Shown piece by piece: positions 32,292 through 57,328 of a stretch of 64,000 nt of DNA (its first letter is position 1; each line of letters starts with the position of its first letter). The DNA is from Salpingoeca rosetta (Eukaryota > Protista > Choanoflagellata). The position numbers and the translations under genes were made by a program. The notes below the pieces were generated by a model. That model did not search any database. It saw only the letters and a list, made by a program, of their open reading frames with translations, and was not told the origin of the DNA. The stretch is taken from contig JAWQFM010000016.1 of NCBI GenBank assembly GCA_033442325.1, forward strand, positions 796,423 through 860,422, written 5' to 3'.

Positions 32292-33546
32292 GAACCGTCC
32301 TCGATACGCGCCTTGTGCTGGTATTGCGAGGGCGTGCGGAAGGCGGCGAAGATGGTGAGGAAGACAAAGAGGTTGTCCACGCTGAGAAACTTCTCGAGCA
32401 GATACGAGGTGAGCCAGACCAGCGCAGGGCCGCGCCCGCGGGAGATGAACACAAACCCGGAGAAGAGGAGGGCGAGCGCAATCCAGATGGCGGACCAGAC
32501 GAGGGCGTCAAACAGGACGACGGAGCGGCTGCGGCCAAGCAGCATGTCCACAGCAAGCATCATGACGATGAAGATGTTGAAGGCAATCCAGAACACCCGT
32601 CGGTGCGCAGGGTGCAGGTCGTCCAGCAGATTCGCCTCCCGCACGCCAATGTACACCTGTACATGTGCGTGTAAACATGTGTTTGTTTGTTTGTTTGTTT
32701 GTTTGTTTGTTTGTTTGTTTGTTTGTTTGTTTGTTTGTTTGTTTGTTTGTTTGTTTGTTTGTTTGTTTGTTTGTTTGTTTGTTTGTTTGTGTGTGTTTGT
32801 TTGTTTGTTTGTTTGTTTGTTTGTTTGTGTGTGCGTGTGTGTGTTTGTTTGTTTGTTTGTTTGTTTGTTTGTGTGCGCGTGTGTGTGCGTGTGTATGTGT
32901 GGTTGTTTGTTTGTGTGTATGTGGTTGTGTGTGTGTGTATTATCGTGAGTGTGTGTACAGTAGTGTGTATGGAACGATAACAGGTGGGTGGCATGCAACA
33001 ACACGCGAGGCAGTTTACTTCTCCACGAAGACCACAGACCTGCTTGATGCTGACGGGATCGTCGTCCTGTCCGTTTTCGTCAAAGGTGATGGCGCCAATC
33101 GGCACATTGGACACGACACCAAGGAATGTCTGCACACGTGTGTGTGTATGTACGTGTGCATGTATGTTTGTATGTATGTATGTATGTGTGTGCATGTATG
33201 TATGTGTGTGTGTGAGTATGTATGTGTATGTGTGTGTGAGTGCGCGCCTAGATTTCTGTGTGGAATGCTACCTGCGGTTGCTGGTGGTGCTGTTGAAAGG
33301 TGAACTTACATCGCCGTGGCTGTGCGCTGGTGGCAAGGACGTCAACTGCACCAACACTTCTCCCTGCACAGCGCAACATCAGCAGTGGGGTTGAGCGTCG
33401 GCCAAGAATGAAACAACAAGTTGTCGCGTAATTGAGCACCACGCAAGCAAACGGAAGCATGCGCACATGTAGGCATACATGGGCACATACAGCAACATAC
33501 GTATTCACAGACAGACACATAAACACACACGTCCACGTACGCATAC

Positions 33547-33577
<31 letters not shown>

Positions 33578-33909
33578 AAAGCACACACAAGCGCAGAGCA
33601 AATCAACACAGCTTGCACATGCACACACCGCCGGCGAGTATGCGGTCAAGACTTCATTTGTGGTGTCCGCGTTGCCGTGCAATGTGATCCCAACGGCGTA
33701 CAGCTGCTGGTAAGGCGTGCTGCGATGGTACACCTAAACATGAACACAAACACACGACGACACACCAAGAGTGAGTGCGGATAAGCAAGCACATTGTAAG
33801 GGGTGCACACACTAGCTACACACACGCACACACACACATACACAACAACAACAACAACAACAACAACAATAACAACAACAACAATAACAACAACAACAAC
33901 AACAACAAT

Positions 33910-33943
<34 letters not shown>

Positions 33944-34840
33944 CCAACACCAACAACACCAACAACAATTGCAACAACAACAACAACAACAAACAAACAA
34001 ACAAACAAACAAACAACAAACAAACGAACAAACAACCACTCCACCAGTCGCACAGCCCACCCGCAACAACCCTGCCATCCGCCAAAGCAAGCAAACGGCG
34101 TTCATGTCCCTATTTCGCTCAACCTTGTTGGAGAAGGCAATGCGAAAGTCGTCGTTGCCCGGGTGTGAGTTGACCTGAAGCACAGCATGCTCTTCGCCGG
34201 CCGTGTCGTGCATGTGCCCATACACGATGCCGCTGTAGTGCGAGGCAGCGTGCCCGCTCGACACAATGTCAAAGGACACGGGCAGGTCTGTCAAGCTTGC
34301 TGGAAACGTCAGATCCCGCCCCAGGAACGCGCCAGTGGAAATCTCATCCCCTGGTGCGCTGGCAAACTGCCGGGTCCGCTTCAGGGAGTCCCGTGAAAAC
34401 TGGAACAGGTGCATGCCAAGGTGCTTGTTCGTGCACTGTGTTTGAAACTCAAGCTCGTCCAGATACCCAATGGCCCTGTTCTTTGACGACGATGCTCGCG
34501 ACGGCACCCCCGCGTTCTGGGGCTGGGCAGCGCCAGCACCATCCACGCGGGGCTCTGCGCGCACCACATGGTGCTGCTGTGCCACGCACACGAACAAGAT
34601 GATGACAGTGATCACGGGCAGCGTCGTTATCCCCGCACGCCGCGGCGTCTGAGTTCGCTCAGGCCTGCCGCACCTGTGTATCCGCCACTGCTTACAGCGG
34701 ATGTGTTGGCAGTGCTGTGATGACCTTGCCTCTTCCATACTGGCAACCGCAACGCAGACACCGCCGCCGCTTGCGCGGGTGCTGCCGGAGCTGGAGCTGG
34801 TGGTGGTGGTGGTGGTGTGTGGGCTCGTCACCATCGTCAT
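30241..34840 (-). CDS. TerC/Alx-family integral membrane metal-homeostasis protein with N-terminal signal/anchor and lumenal domain; about 8 exons
   Basis: TerC motifs [88 protein letters not shown]. Upstream exons join in frame. Start codon uncertain (34840 or a downstream ATG). Confidence 0.88.
32678..32870. repeat. (GTTT)n/(CAAA)n tetranucleotide microsatellite in a TerC intron
   Basis: Direct reading of the sequence. Confidence 0.95.
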
Positions 34841-35370
34841 CACCACTGCTGTGCACTGTAGAAAAGCTGCGAATGATAGTCATAGATTTTCCACACCACT
34901 GCCTGGAGGAAGGTGAGGTTTGTGTTTGGGTTGGTTCGGCTTGTTTGGTGTGTTGTGCTGCTGCAGTGGGAAAGGACAAGCAGAGGGAGGAGGGGAGCCA
35001 GTGCTCCTTCCGCGTTGCTGTTGCTGTTGTTGTGGAAGCGCGGAGAGCGCTTTGGCAGTGTAGGGTTGCAATTATGCATTTGCGTGAAAGAGAGAGAGTG
35101 AGTGTGTGAGTGTGTGAGTGTGTGTGTGTGTGTGTGTGTGAGAGTGTGTGTGAGTGTGTGTGCTCGTTGTTGTTCGGTGTCGTCGTGGTTGGTCTGGTTT
35201 TGTCGAATTGTTGACGGCCTGTGGCTGGTGTTGTTGTGTCTGTGCCTGTCATGTTTCGCCGGCTCTTTCGCAACAGTGACAGGCGAAGGCGAGAAGGCTT
35301 GAACGTCATCAACGCACCAGATCCCATCGAGGTGGTCGCATTCCACAAGCAACAACGCAGACAGGACGTC

Positions 35371-45075
<9,705 letters not shown>

Positions 45076-45208
45076 TTGCGCGTCTCCCTCAGGAGCAGTC
45101 ATGGCACACGATCTCACACCCACCGATGTGGCACCTTGTGTTGTGTGTGGGTTTTGGCGTTTCCTGTCGTCGTCTCTCTCTCTCTCTCGTGACGCTGTCC
45201 TTTGTCGG

Positions 45209-45245
<37 letters not shown>

Positions 45246-45685
45246 GTGGCCTTCGCCCAACGTTTTAGCCCAAAGTTTGCTGTTGGTCGGTTGTTCGCGC
45301 GCGTCACTCGTTGCTTTCGTCGTTTGCTTTGCTTCTTTCTTGCCTCACACGACCCTGCTCCCGGTCCATTCCTTGTCCGTGACTGCGCAAAGAAGGATCG
45401 CACACGTTGTTACACCCTTCCCCCCTCTCTCTCTCTCTGCCTTGCCTGAGAACCCATCACCGGTTGCCGCCGACTTTACTCCCAAGCTCCTTTGATGAGA
45501 TTTTTTTCGTGTGCTCTTGCTGTTCTGCATTGCGTATGGTGAAGGAAAAAGTACAGTTCCGTAGCGTATGATGCAGCAGGTGTGGATGAGTTGTGCTGAT
45601 GCACGCGTGTGAACGCACACGGCAAGGGATAACAAAGAGCTGTGGTGGAAGCTTCAGCAAAGAAAAACTCAGGAACACCCCAAAG

Positions 45686-45736
<51 letters not shown>

Positions 45737-45752
45737 AACAACCAAACAACCC

Positions 45753-45785
<33 letters not shown>

Positions 45786-45866
45786 AACAAACAAACAAAC
45801 AAACAAACCACACACACACACACACACACACACACAACGGATCCACACATAGACGTAACGCCAGAG

Positions 45867-47834
45867 CTACTTGGAATGCCGGCACTGCAAGATGGTGTGG
45901 AGCGTGTTTGCGACGTCGCTGTTGCCCGCCATCTCCTGCAGCGTGACAATGTACACAGCACCAGTCCACGAGAACCGCTTTGCACCGAGGCCATCTCCAG
46001 TGAGCGGGTTGTAGTATTCGCGGGGCTCCGGCTGCCCGTTCACCACCGCAACGGTGGCGTTGCGCAGCATGCTTGCACGATCGTGCTGGCCGTAGCAGTC
46101 AAGGCCGACGCCAGCGAGCCAGTTGACATTCACCCACACGGGGCCGCGCCAGTAGTCTGTGGGATCAAACACCTTCTCAGAGCGCCCCACGCACGGCATG
46201 TGGTACGGGGTCATGAGGTTGGACGGGGTGAGCAGCACGCTCGAGACAGATTCCGCCTGGGATGCGTTGGCAACATTGCCCAGCAGCGCCCAGAACGGCG
46301 CCGGTGTCACCACATCCACAAACGAGCCCGGTGGCGATGGTGATCGGATACGCGTGGTCCCACCATCGTGTTGGACAGCCGACTGCGCGGGCAGCCGGTC
46401 CCAGAACACGCCCTTGCTGTCGTCCCACAGCCAGCGCTGAATCGCCGCTGCGCTCTGATGCGCGCGCTGCGTCCACATGTCGTGCGCAGTCGCATTGCCC
46501 AGCAGCTTTGCCATGTGCGCCAGCAGCAGGTGGTCCATGTGCAGCCACGTGTTGAGGTCGATGGCCTCCACGGGCCCTTGATCCCAGCGCGGCGACGTGT
46601 CCCAGCCGCTGTCTTCGCCCGCCCACAGGCACAGCCCGCTGCCGTCCTTGGCCAGCCGCTGCGCGTAGAACCAGTCGTTGTTCTGTGCAAACGCATTGAA
46701 GGCGAGTCGCAGAAAGTCGTCGTCGCGTGTGCGGTTGTAGATGACAAGGGCTGCCCACGTCAGGATGCCTGGCGGCTGGGTGGTCTTCTCGATGACGGTG
46801 GCGCCAACAACGCGAGGGATGTGCCCGACAGCGACGCCAGCAGTCGTGAGAACCGTGAGCTGATCCTTCGCCTTGGCCAGCGCGCGAGAGCCTGGGCTGG
46901 CAAGCAGCGCAAAGACGTGAAAGCCCGTGTCCCAGAGCCAGAGACCACGCGCGTATCGCGACATGGACGGGGTGATGACGGGGCGCACCCAGTGCTCTCC
47001 ACCCGCGCGCTCCGTGTTGAACCAGAACTGAAACCAGGCGTTGTAGTACATCTTGAACTCTGTTGGCCCGATGTGAGCTGAGGCCGGCGGCACTGGCAGC
47101 TGCGCCAGCCAGTCGTTGATGTCTGTGGTGGTGTTGCTGGTGTCCAGCACTGGTGCAAGCGGCGCTGGCGCGGACGGGGGCGAATCGTACTCGCTCAGGC
47201 AGAAGGTGACGTTCTTGGTAGCTGCGGCCGGGAGGGAGAGGGACCACGCGTATGCGTGCGATTGAGCATCGAGGGACGGCGCGGTGTTGAGCGACGTCTG
47301 CACGCGCCAGTAGCGGTGCATCTGCTGGGTGTAAGGGGGCAAGGGCATGGTGGCCTTTGTGGCGACGCTGATGCTGGTGCCGTTGACCTGCGCCGCTGAC
47401 GTGGCTCCCAAGAAGTTGGGTGCCTTCCCACTAAACACCAGCTTCAGCGCTGGCGAAGAAGACAGCGGAGATGTGGAGGACCCCGGTGCTTGCTTGAGGT
47501 TGGACACGGTGTACTGCGCGCACGTTGTGGTCGACGAGGTGTATGCCACCTTCACATGCACCTCCACGTTCTTTCCGCACTTTGCCTTTATCACTGCGTA
47601 GTCGGGTCTCCACTCATAGCCTCCTACCAGACAAAGCAGGGTTGCGTGAGTGGAAGGGCGAGAGAAAGGGAGGGCGAGAGAAAGGGAGGGCGAGAGAAAG
47701 GGAGGGAGGGACTTGCATGCAGAGACAGTGCGAGGGTTACAGGTACAGCGCGAGGGCGGGTTGGAAGGGTGCGCAGAGAAGGGTACACAGGGAGGGATGG
47801 AAGGGGAATGGAACTAGGACACACACACACGCAC

Positions 47835-47884
<50 letters not shown>

Positions 47885-47903
47885 GCACACACACATACAC
47901 ACA

Positions 47904-47964
<61 letters not shown>

Positions 47965-48292
47965 CACCGTCAGCAATGGCGTCGCATGAAAGGTCGCCTT
48001 CTCCAGCAATGCCACTGTCCTCCACTGCCATGGTGACAATCTCTGGGAACAAAGGAGTGCCTGGCGACCAGTCACTGAACACGCGGTATCCCAATGCACC
48101 CATGGATGTCGGGTCCGAGGCCGGTGCCAAGGTCACATATGACCAGGACCCTTCAAAGGAGAGCTGGTACGTGTCGTTACCGGCCAGATCCGCACACGTG
48201 GCAGCAGCCCGCCGCGCTTCCTGACGGCCCTCCACACCCGAGGCCGCCACCGCCAAACAGACAACCACACACAACCCCAGCGCGACGCTCAT
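45867..48292 (-). CDS. Secreted (alpha/alpha)6-barrel glycoside hydrolase, GH63-like (MGH1/YgjK type); 2 exons
   Basis: Signal peptide MSVALGLCVVVCLAVAASGVEG; motifs LWLWDTGFH, TQPPG, EDSGWDTSPRWD, DLNTWL, YWRGPVWVNVNW, REYYNPLTGDGLGAKRFSWTGA. Single intron 47624-47967. Confidence 0.85.
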
Positions 48293-48654
48293 CGTCACAG
48301 TGGCAGCGATGACGCTGGCTGTCCTTCTGGCCGACGCAAACTGCTGCAAATCATTCCTACTTTTCAACAATCGCAAAACCAAGCAGTACGCAACAGCCAA
48401 CAGCCAACAACCAACAACCAATACAGAGAGAGAGCCACCACTGCACTGCTTGCTTGTCGCTGTTTCTCGCTGCCCGCAACTGCTGTTTCTCACTGTCAAC
48501 TCCCCTGTGTTTCTTCGTTTGCTCATTCACCCTCGTCCTTGCGTTGTTGTTGTGTTGTTGGTGCTTGACGTTTCCACTGACAGCGCGTGTGAATCAAATC
48601 GTTGTGAATGCCTGGACCAACCACAGCAGCCATTTCCCTCTTCTCCAGATCGGT

Positions 48655-48718
<64 letters not shown>

Positions 48719-48832
48719 TGGAAGTTGGAATGTTTGCCGTGGCTCTGTGCCTCGCCTTTGCGTTTCATCCAACTCACCCATTCACCATCACACACTTCCT
48801 TGACTTCCTTGTCTCCACCCAACCGGCACTTG

Positions 48833-51563
<2,731 letters not shown>

Positions 51564-52085
51564 GCGCGCTCGGTAAAGTGCAACGAAAGGCAGTGCAGCC
51601 GTGCCAACGTGCACACGCGCACGCAAACCCGCACGCTCGCGTGCGCTGTGCAAGTGACATGCGTGTCGTGATGCCATCATCGTTTCGTGTGTGACTGTGT
51701 GTGCGCACGCGGCAAATGCTCGTTTCATTCCCCGCAGCCCTTGTCGCGGCAGGGAGTGGGTGATAGTGCTGCTGATTGCGCTGTTTTTGTCCCCTTGCAT
51801 TGCTCTCGCTTGTGCTTTCTCCTGCTCTTTGCTCTCGTGTTAGTTGTCGGCTTGCGTTGGTTTCTCTTGCTCGCGTGTTTCTTGTGCACTGACTGTATCG
51901 TTTGCGTACGTGGAAGACACAATGAAAACGGGAACAAATGCACCAGTGGTGGAAAGCACCACACAGCACACCACGCCATGTCTTAATAACCAAATACAAC
52001 CACCCACTGCAATACATGTGTGTGAGTGTGTGTGTGTGTGTGTACCCTTACAACTCTCCCTCCACTCAAAGGTGGTTGCTGTTGC

Positions 52086-52299
52086 TTAAATCTCCGATTG
52101 CGACGAGGAGCCGTTGACGGAAATGGTGACGAGAGACGCCTTCTTCGCCACCGCCTTTGTTGTGTTGATGCTCCGGTGCAGCATGCTCGCCGCCATCCGG
52201 TCCACCTGCTTCTTGGCCGAGATCACAGCGCCGTGCAGCGTGCCGTGGTGGCTTCGCTCCGTGCCCTCCCCGGCGAAGAACAGCCGCGGGTTGGCCCTT

Positions 52300-52344
<45 letters not shown>

Positions 52345-52774
52345 AGTGCGTGTGTGTGTGTGTGTGTGTGTGTGGGTGTGTGTGTGTGTGTCAGTGCGTG
52401 TGTGGGTGTGTGTGGGGGGGGGGGTGTCAGTGTGTGTGTGTGTGTGTGAGCTACGTTTGCATGCAATTGAGAACGAGGAAATCACATGCTGTGCGTGCAC
52501 GCCCAGCTTCAATGCCAAGCAACATACCCAGTCGTGCTCTCCACTGGCGCTGCGTACGCGTCCATGTCTTCACTGCGAGATCGAACGTGCGAGCAACAGA
52601 AACATGGGCAGTGATGTGCGGTGTGTGGCATGTGGCACGTGGTGTGTGGTGAGATGGACGCAAGCATCCCAAGACACCTTTAACGCAGCCCAAGAAGCAC
52701 AATGCCACAGAACATGGCCATTGGCGGCAAACAACGAAAAAGTAGCAGAAACACTACCATCAACAGCAGCAACA

Positions 52775-52805
<31 letters not shown>

Positions 52806-53226
52806 CGGCACCACCACCACCTAAGCCATCATCACCGAATATCGCACCCTGAGCCGTTGACTTTGATGAAGGAGGCGGCGCCGTGGATGTGCGGATGGCG
52901 CGACCAGCGCGTCATGCGGCAGCACAGCGGCTGCAGTCGCAGTGAATGATGCATTCGACAGTCGCAGTGCAATGTCGATGAGAGAGTGTGCAGGTGGGCC
53001 ATGTTGATGTCAAAGGTCGTTGCTCAACGGACGGAAAGCAATCACCAGTCTGACAATCACCACCATCAGCAACATCACAACCACCACCACTGCTTAATAT
53101 CACCGCCACGACAACAGCGACGCATTGAATTACCGTGACGTCCTCCTCTGATCCGTTGGGAAACATGCGCTTCAGCTCTTCCGTCAGCAGCGGCGCCACG
53201 TCCTCGTCGCTGAGCGCTTCCTGTGT

Positions 53227-53299
<73 letters not shown>

Positions 53300-54282
53300 T
53301 GAGAAGAAATAGCAAGGATGGTTGCAATAGCACGTGCGAAGGCATGGCAAAACGAACAGCACACACACCCGCACACGCACTGACACATGCACACACACGC
53401 ACGCACACACACACACACACACACGCACGCACACACACACACACATACACACACACACACACACACTGACAGACAAAACACACAATCCAACGCACACACA
53501 CGCGCGCGCGAGCGCGCCCATGGTACAGACCTGACGGGGACGGTGACGAGAACGAAATCGCACAAGACGTCGCGGCCGTGGCGGTTCCGCACCTTCATGT
53601 GTGCCGTTACATCTGGTGGGTGGAGATGAAGAGTGGTGCGAAGTGGGAGGGGAAGGTCATGGATACGGAGAAGGCAGAGATGGAGAGGTGGTGAGGCGGT
53701 CAAGAAGCAGAGGTGGCAGTTGGTAGTGTTTGCTTTGATGCAAGGGTGTCATGGCCATTGCAGGCGACAATGAGGACGACTGTGGCTGCTACCTTTTCCG
53801 TTGACTTCAATTGTGTTGTCCTCTTCCGCAATATGTGTGACCTGAACCCGCAAAACGCAATATTGTCTGTGAACGAAACATCCTGCAAAACGCGCGACCA
53901 CACACATACACACAAACGAAAACTCTCACACAAACATACACACACACGCAGGCACACACAAACATGCACAAACGCGGGCACACAACAAGTGTATGCAACC
54001 CCGCCCACAAGCAATCAGGGAGGACCGACCGGCTGGTTGTATTTGACGTGTGCGCGCTTGGCGAGATCGTGGACGACGTGCGCAAGATCACGAACGAGCA
54101 GCGGCCGACCTGGTGACGACACAACAATTTGCACACAGCATCGGGGTTGTGTTACATCGTCGTTTGTCGTTGTGAGCAACTAAAAGCAACGTGAATGTGC
54201 ATGTCAGGACACCTTGACCAGCGTGGACAAGAAGAACGCCAACCATCATGCATGAACGCGACAATGCAAGTTCACACGCCAC

Positions 54283-54325
<43 letters not shown>

Positions 54326-55905
54326 CCATCACCATCATCATCATCATCATCATCATGAACACCTGGGAGTGGAATGCGTTCGAGGAACCAGTTGCGACTC
54401 AGGGCTGAGAAGGCGGCGACGTGCTGCGCTTCCTCGCGTGTGCGGAAATACCCGAGCAGCTGCCGCGCCCTCGCACTCAACTGCCATGGTGGGTCATGTG
54501 TGTGTGTGTGTTGGGGCTTAGGAAGGAGGGGATAAACAACGCACGCAGCGACAGCACGTTTGATCAGATCAACATGGCTGAGCAGACGCACAAACGACCA
54601 CGTCGCAGACGACATGCACGCAGCAGAGATGTCGCATCTCTGTCTCCCTCAACGCTCCGTTGCTGCCAAACCTCGCGACAGTCGTCAGTGGTGCGAATAG
54701 CGCGTGCAAGACGTGACGCAACGCTCCTGTCCTTCGGAAGCGCGGATCCGCGGTCCTCATGCGCCGTGTGAATGTCCTCAATATCGTCTCGAATCTGCCA
54801 AACGGTGGAAGGGATTGCGGTTGTGACGGTGAGCGCAGGATTGAAGGGGACAACGCGCATAGTAGCCAAAATGTGTGTGTGTGTGAGGGTGCTCAAGTGC
54901 CTTGGCATATGCCGTAATGCCAGGTCACCTGCTCCATGAGTTCTGTGTAGACGTCCATGGCGTCCTCAATCTCGTCCTCGCCCACCACCTCTCCTGCCCG
55001 CGAAATGCCCACGTCCAGCTCCTGTTACGTGTCAAGCCGCAAGACATGCACATGTGCAGACAGCAATGATCAGCGATCGTGTGCATGTGTGCATGTGCTC
55101 ATGTGCTCATGTGCTCACGTGTGCATGTGCTCATGTGTGCATGTGCTCATGTGTGCATGTGCTCATGTGTGCATGTGTGCATGTGTGTGTGCCTGCAGGG
55201 GATTGTGTTCATGTCCTTCGGTGCTGTCAACAACAGCAGCACCATCCGTTTGTGCAATGGGTGGTACCTTTCGTGCAGGGTCTGCCAGCTCAAACACGTC
55301 GCACGCCACCTCCCGTGCCATGGACACGAGATCGTTGTCGTGTGTACCGTACAGCCTGCAACGAAACAAGCACAGGGCGTTGCCATGCAATGAGCTTGCG
55401 ACGCGATTCTTGCTCCGTGTATCCAATACGTTCACTCACTAGCTCATTCACTCACTCACTCACAGCTACAGCGTTGCCAGCATGTGAGAGAGAGAGTGTG
55501 TGTGTGTGTGTGTGCATGTAGGTGTACATGTAGGTGTGCGTGCGTGTGCGTGTGTGTGTGTGTACGTACTCGCAGCCGCCTGCGTCGAGGTAGACCTTTG
55601 AGAGTGTTGGCAACTGCATCGCCCGCACACGTCCGCCCGGCCGTGGAGTCGCCTCTGCATACGATGATGCGCACATTCACGCAGATATGAGCACAACGCA
55701 GGAGGGTGATGGCAGTGCAAAGGTGGCTAAGGACACCACAGCTGTAGCTTCATGAACAGACAGTGCACGCACGTACGCAAACTTGCACACATGCACATGC
55801 TCACACATGCACACACACATACACACGACCCCATATTCACTCATTCTCACTCTCACTCACTCTCACTCACTCTCACTCACTCTCACTCACTCACTCACTC
55901 ACTCA

Positions 55906-56001
<96 letters not shown>

Positions 56002-56231
56002 CACACACACACTCTCTGTGTCTGTGTCTCACCCAGGACGAGGACATCTGCAATGCCGTGCGCTTCGCGGAGATGTGTGGCAGCAGCAATGCCAGCCAAC
56101 CCGGCACCTACAATCACAACCTGTGTTCAACAACCCAGGAATGGTGTTACATCGACACGTGATCGCAAATGCCGCATGCGCGCGCACGTACGAATGCGAG
56201 CACCCACTGCTTGAAGCTTGCGCACTCCCCG

Positions 56232-56327
<96 letters not shown>

Positions 56328-57084
56328 CACACACACACGCACACATGCCATGCCTTGTGATAGGGCCGCTGGAAGAACTCGTTGCGCTCATCGGACGTCT
56401 CCTCATGGTCCACATCCGCTGTCTCGTCAATGTACTCGTGCTGGTCTTCAATGTCACCGTGCTGCTGATGCTTGACATCGTGGCGCATGTGCGCACCGCC
56501 GGCCTCTTCCTCATCCTTGCCCTTGACAGTGAGGTTCGCGGTGGGCACGGGCTGCAAGCCGTCAATCACTGTCTGGAAATGCGTCTGAAAGTCAGTGCGC
56601 CGTCCGACCGTGTCCAGCTGCAAATAGAAGACGCGCTTGGCAGTGACGATGCCGATGCGGGCGTCTGCCTGCGAGTTCTTTGGCCAAGTGACGGTGCCGC
56701 CACTCAGCGTGCGGTGCACGCGTTGCTTGCCACTGCTGCTCCGTCCAAGCCCGTCATGTGGCGCTGCTGTTGCCGTCACTGCTGTTGCTGTGTCTGAGGG
56801 ATTGGCGGTCTCGTTGTCAGCGGCGTCATGAGCGTTGCCACTTGCGCTGCTGTCCTGTGTGTGGGGTGTGTGCTCTGAGCCTGGCTCCTCCGCGTCCTCA
56901 GGTGACAGTAGGTCCTCTGGCGAAAGCACCGTGCTCTCGTGTGTGAGCTGGAAGACGCCTTTTGGCTTGATTGCATCTGGTCCCGCAAAGTACGCAACAT
57001 GTCCATCCTTGTGCAGCTGTCAAGCATGGAAGAGGAGCAGAGGATGTGTGTGTGTGTGTGTATGTGTGTGTGTGCGTGTGTGTG

Positions 57085-57117
<33 letters not shown>

Positions 57118-57328
57118 CTGGGTTGTCTCTGCCTTGCTGTGCTTGCTGCAACAACACTGTCTTCACTGTAGTCTATCGCCTTGGGATTCATTCCTCGGCC
57201 CCTTGTTCTCCTGCGATACACACACACACACACACACATCGAACCTTGAAGAAGCGGTGTCGGAAGGCCTTGTTCACCTTCCCTTGCTTCCATGCCCAGC
57301 CCTCAAACACCAAGCGCTGGTGCTCCAT
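52086..57328 (-). CDS. PH domain fused to a flavin-containing amine oxidase (polyamine oxidase/LSD1-like); multi-exon
   Basis: PH: FEGWAWKQGKVNKAFRHRFFK|LHKDGHVAYF...KPKGVFQL...IGIVTAKRVFYLQ. Oxidase: VVIVGAGLAGIAAA, EATPRPGGRV, CDFVLVTVP, TRWSRHPHIHGA, RLFFAGEGTERSHHGTLHGAVISA. Confidence 0.78.
55080..55190. repeat. Degenerate 8-bp-unit tandem repeat (GTGCATGT/GCTCATGT) in an oxidase intron
   Basis: Direct reading of the sequence. Confidence 0.85.
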
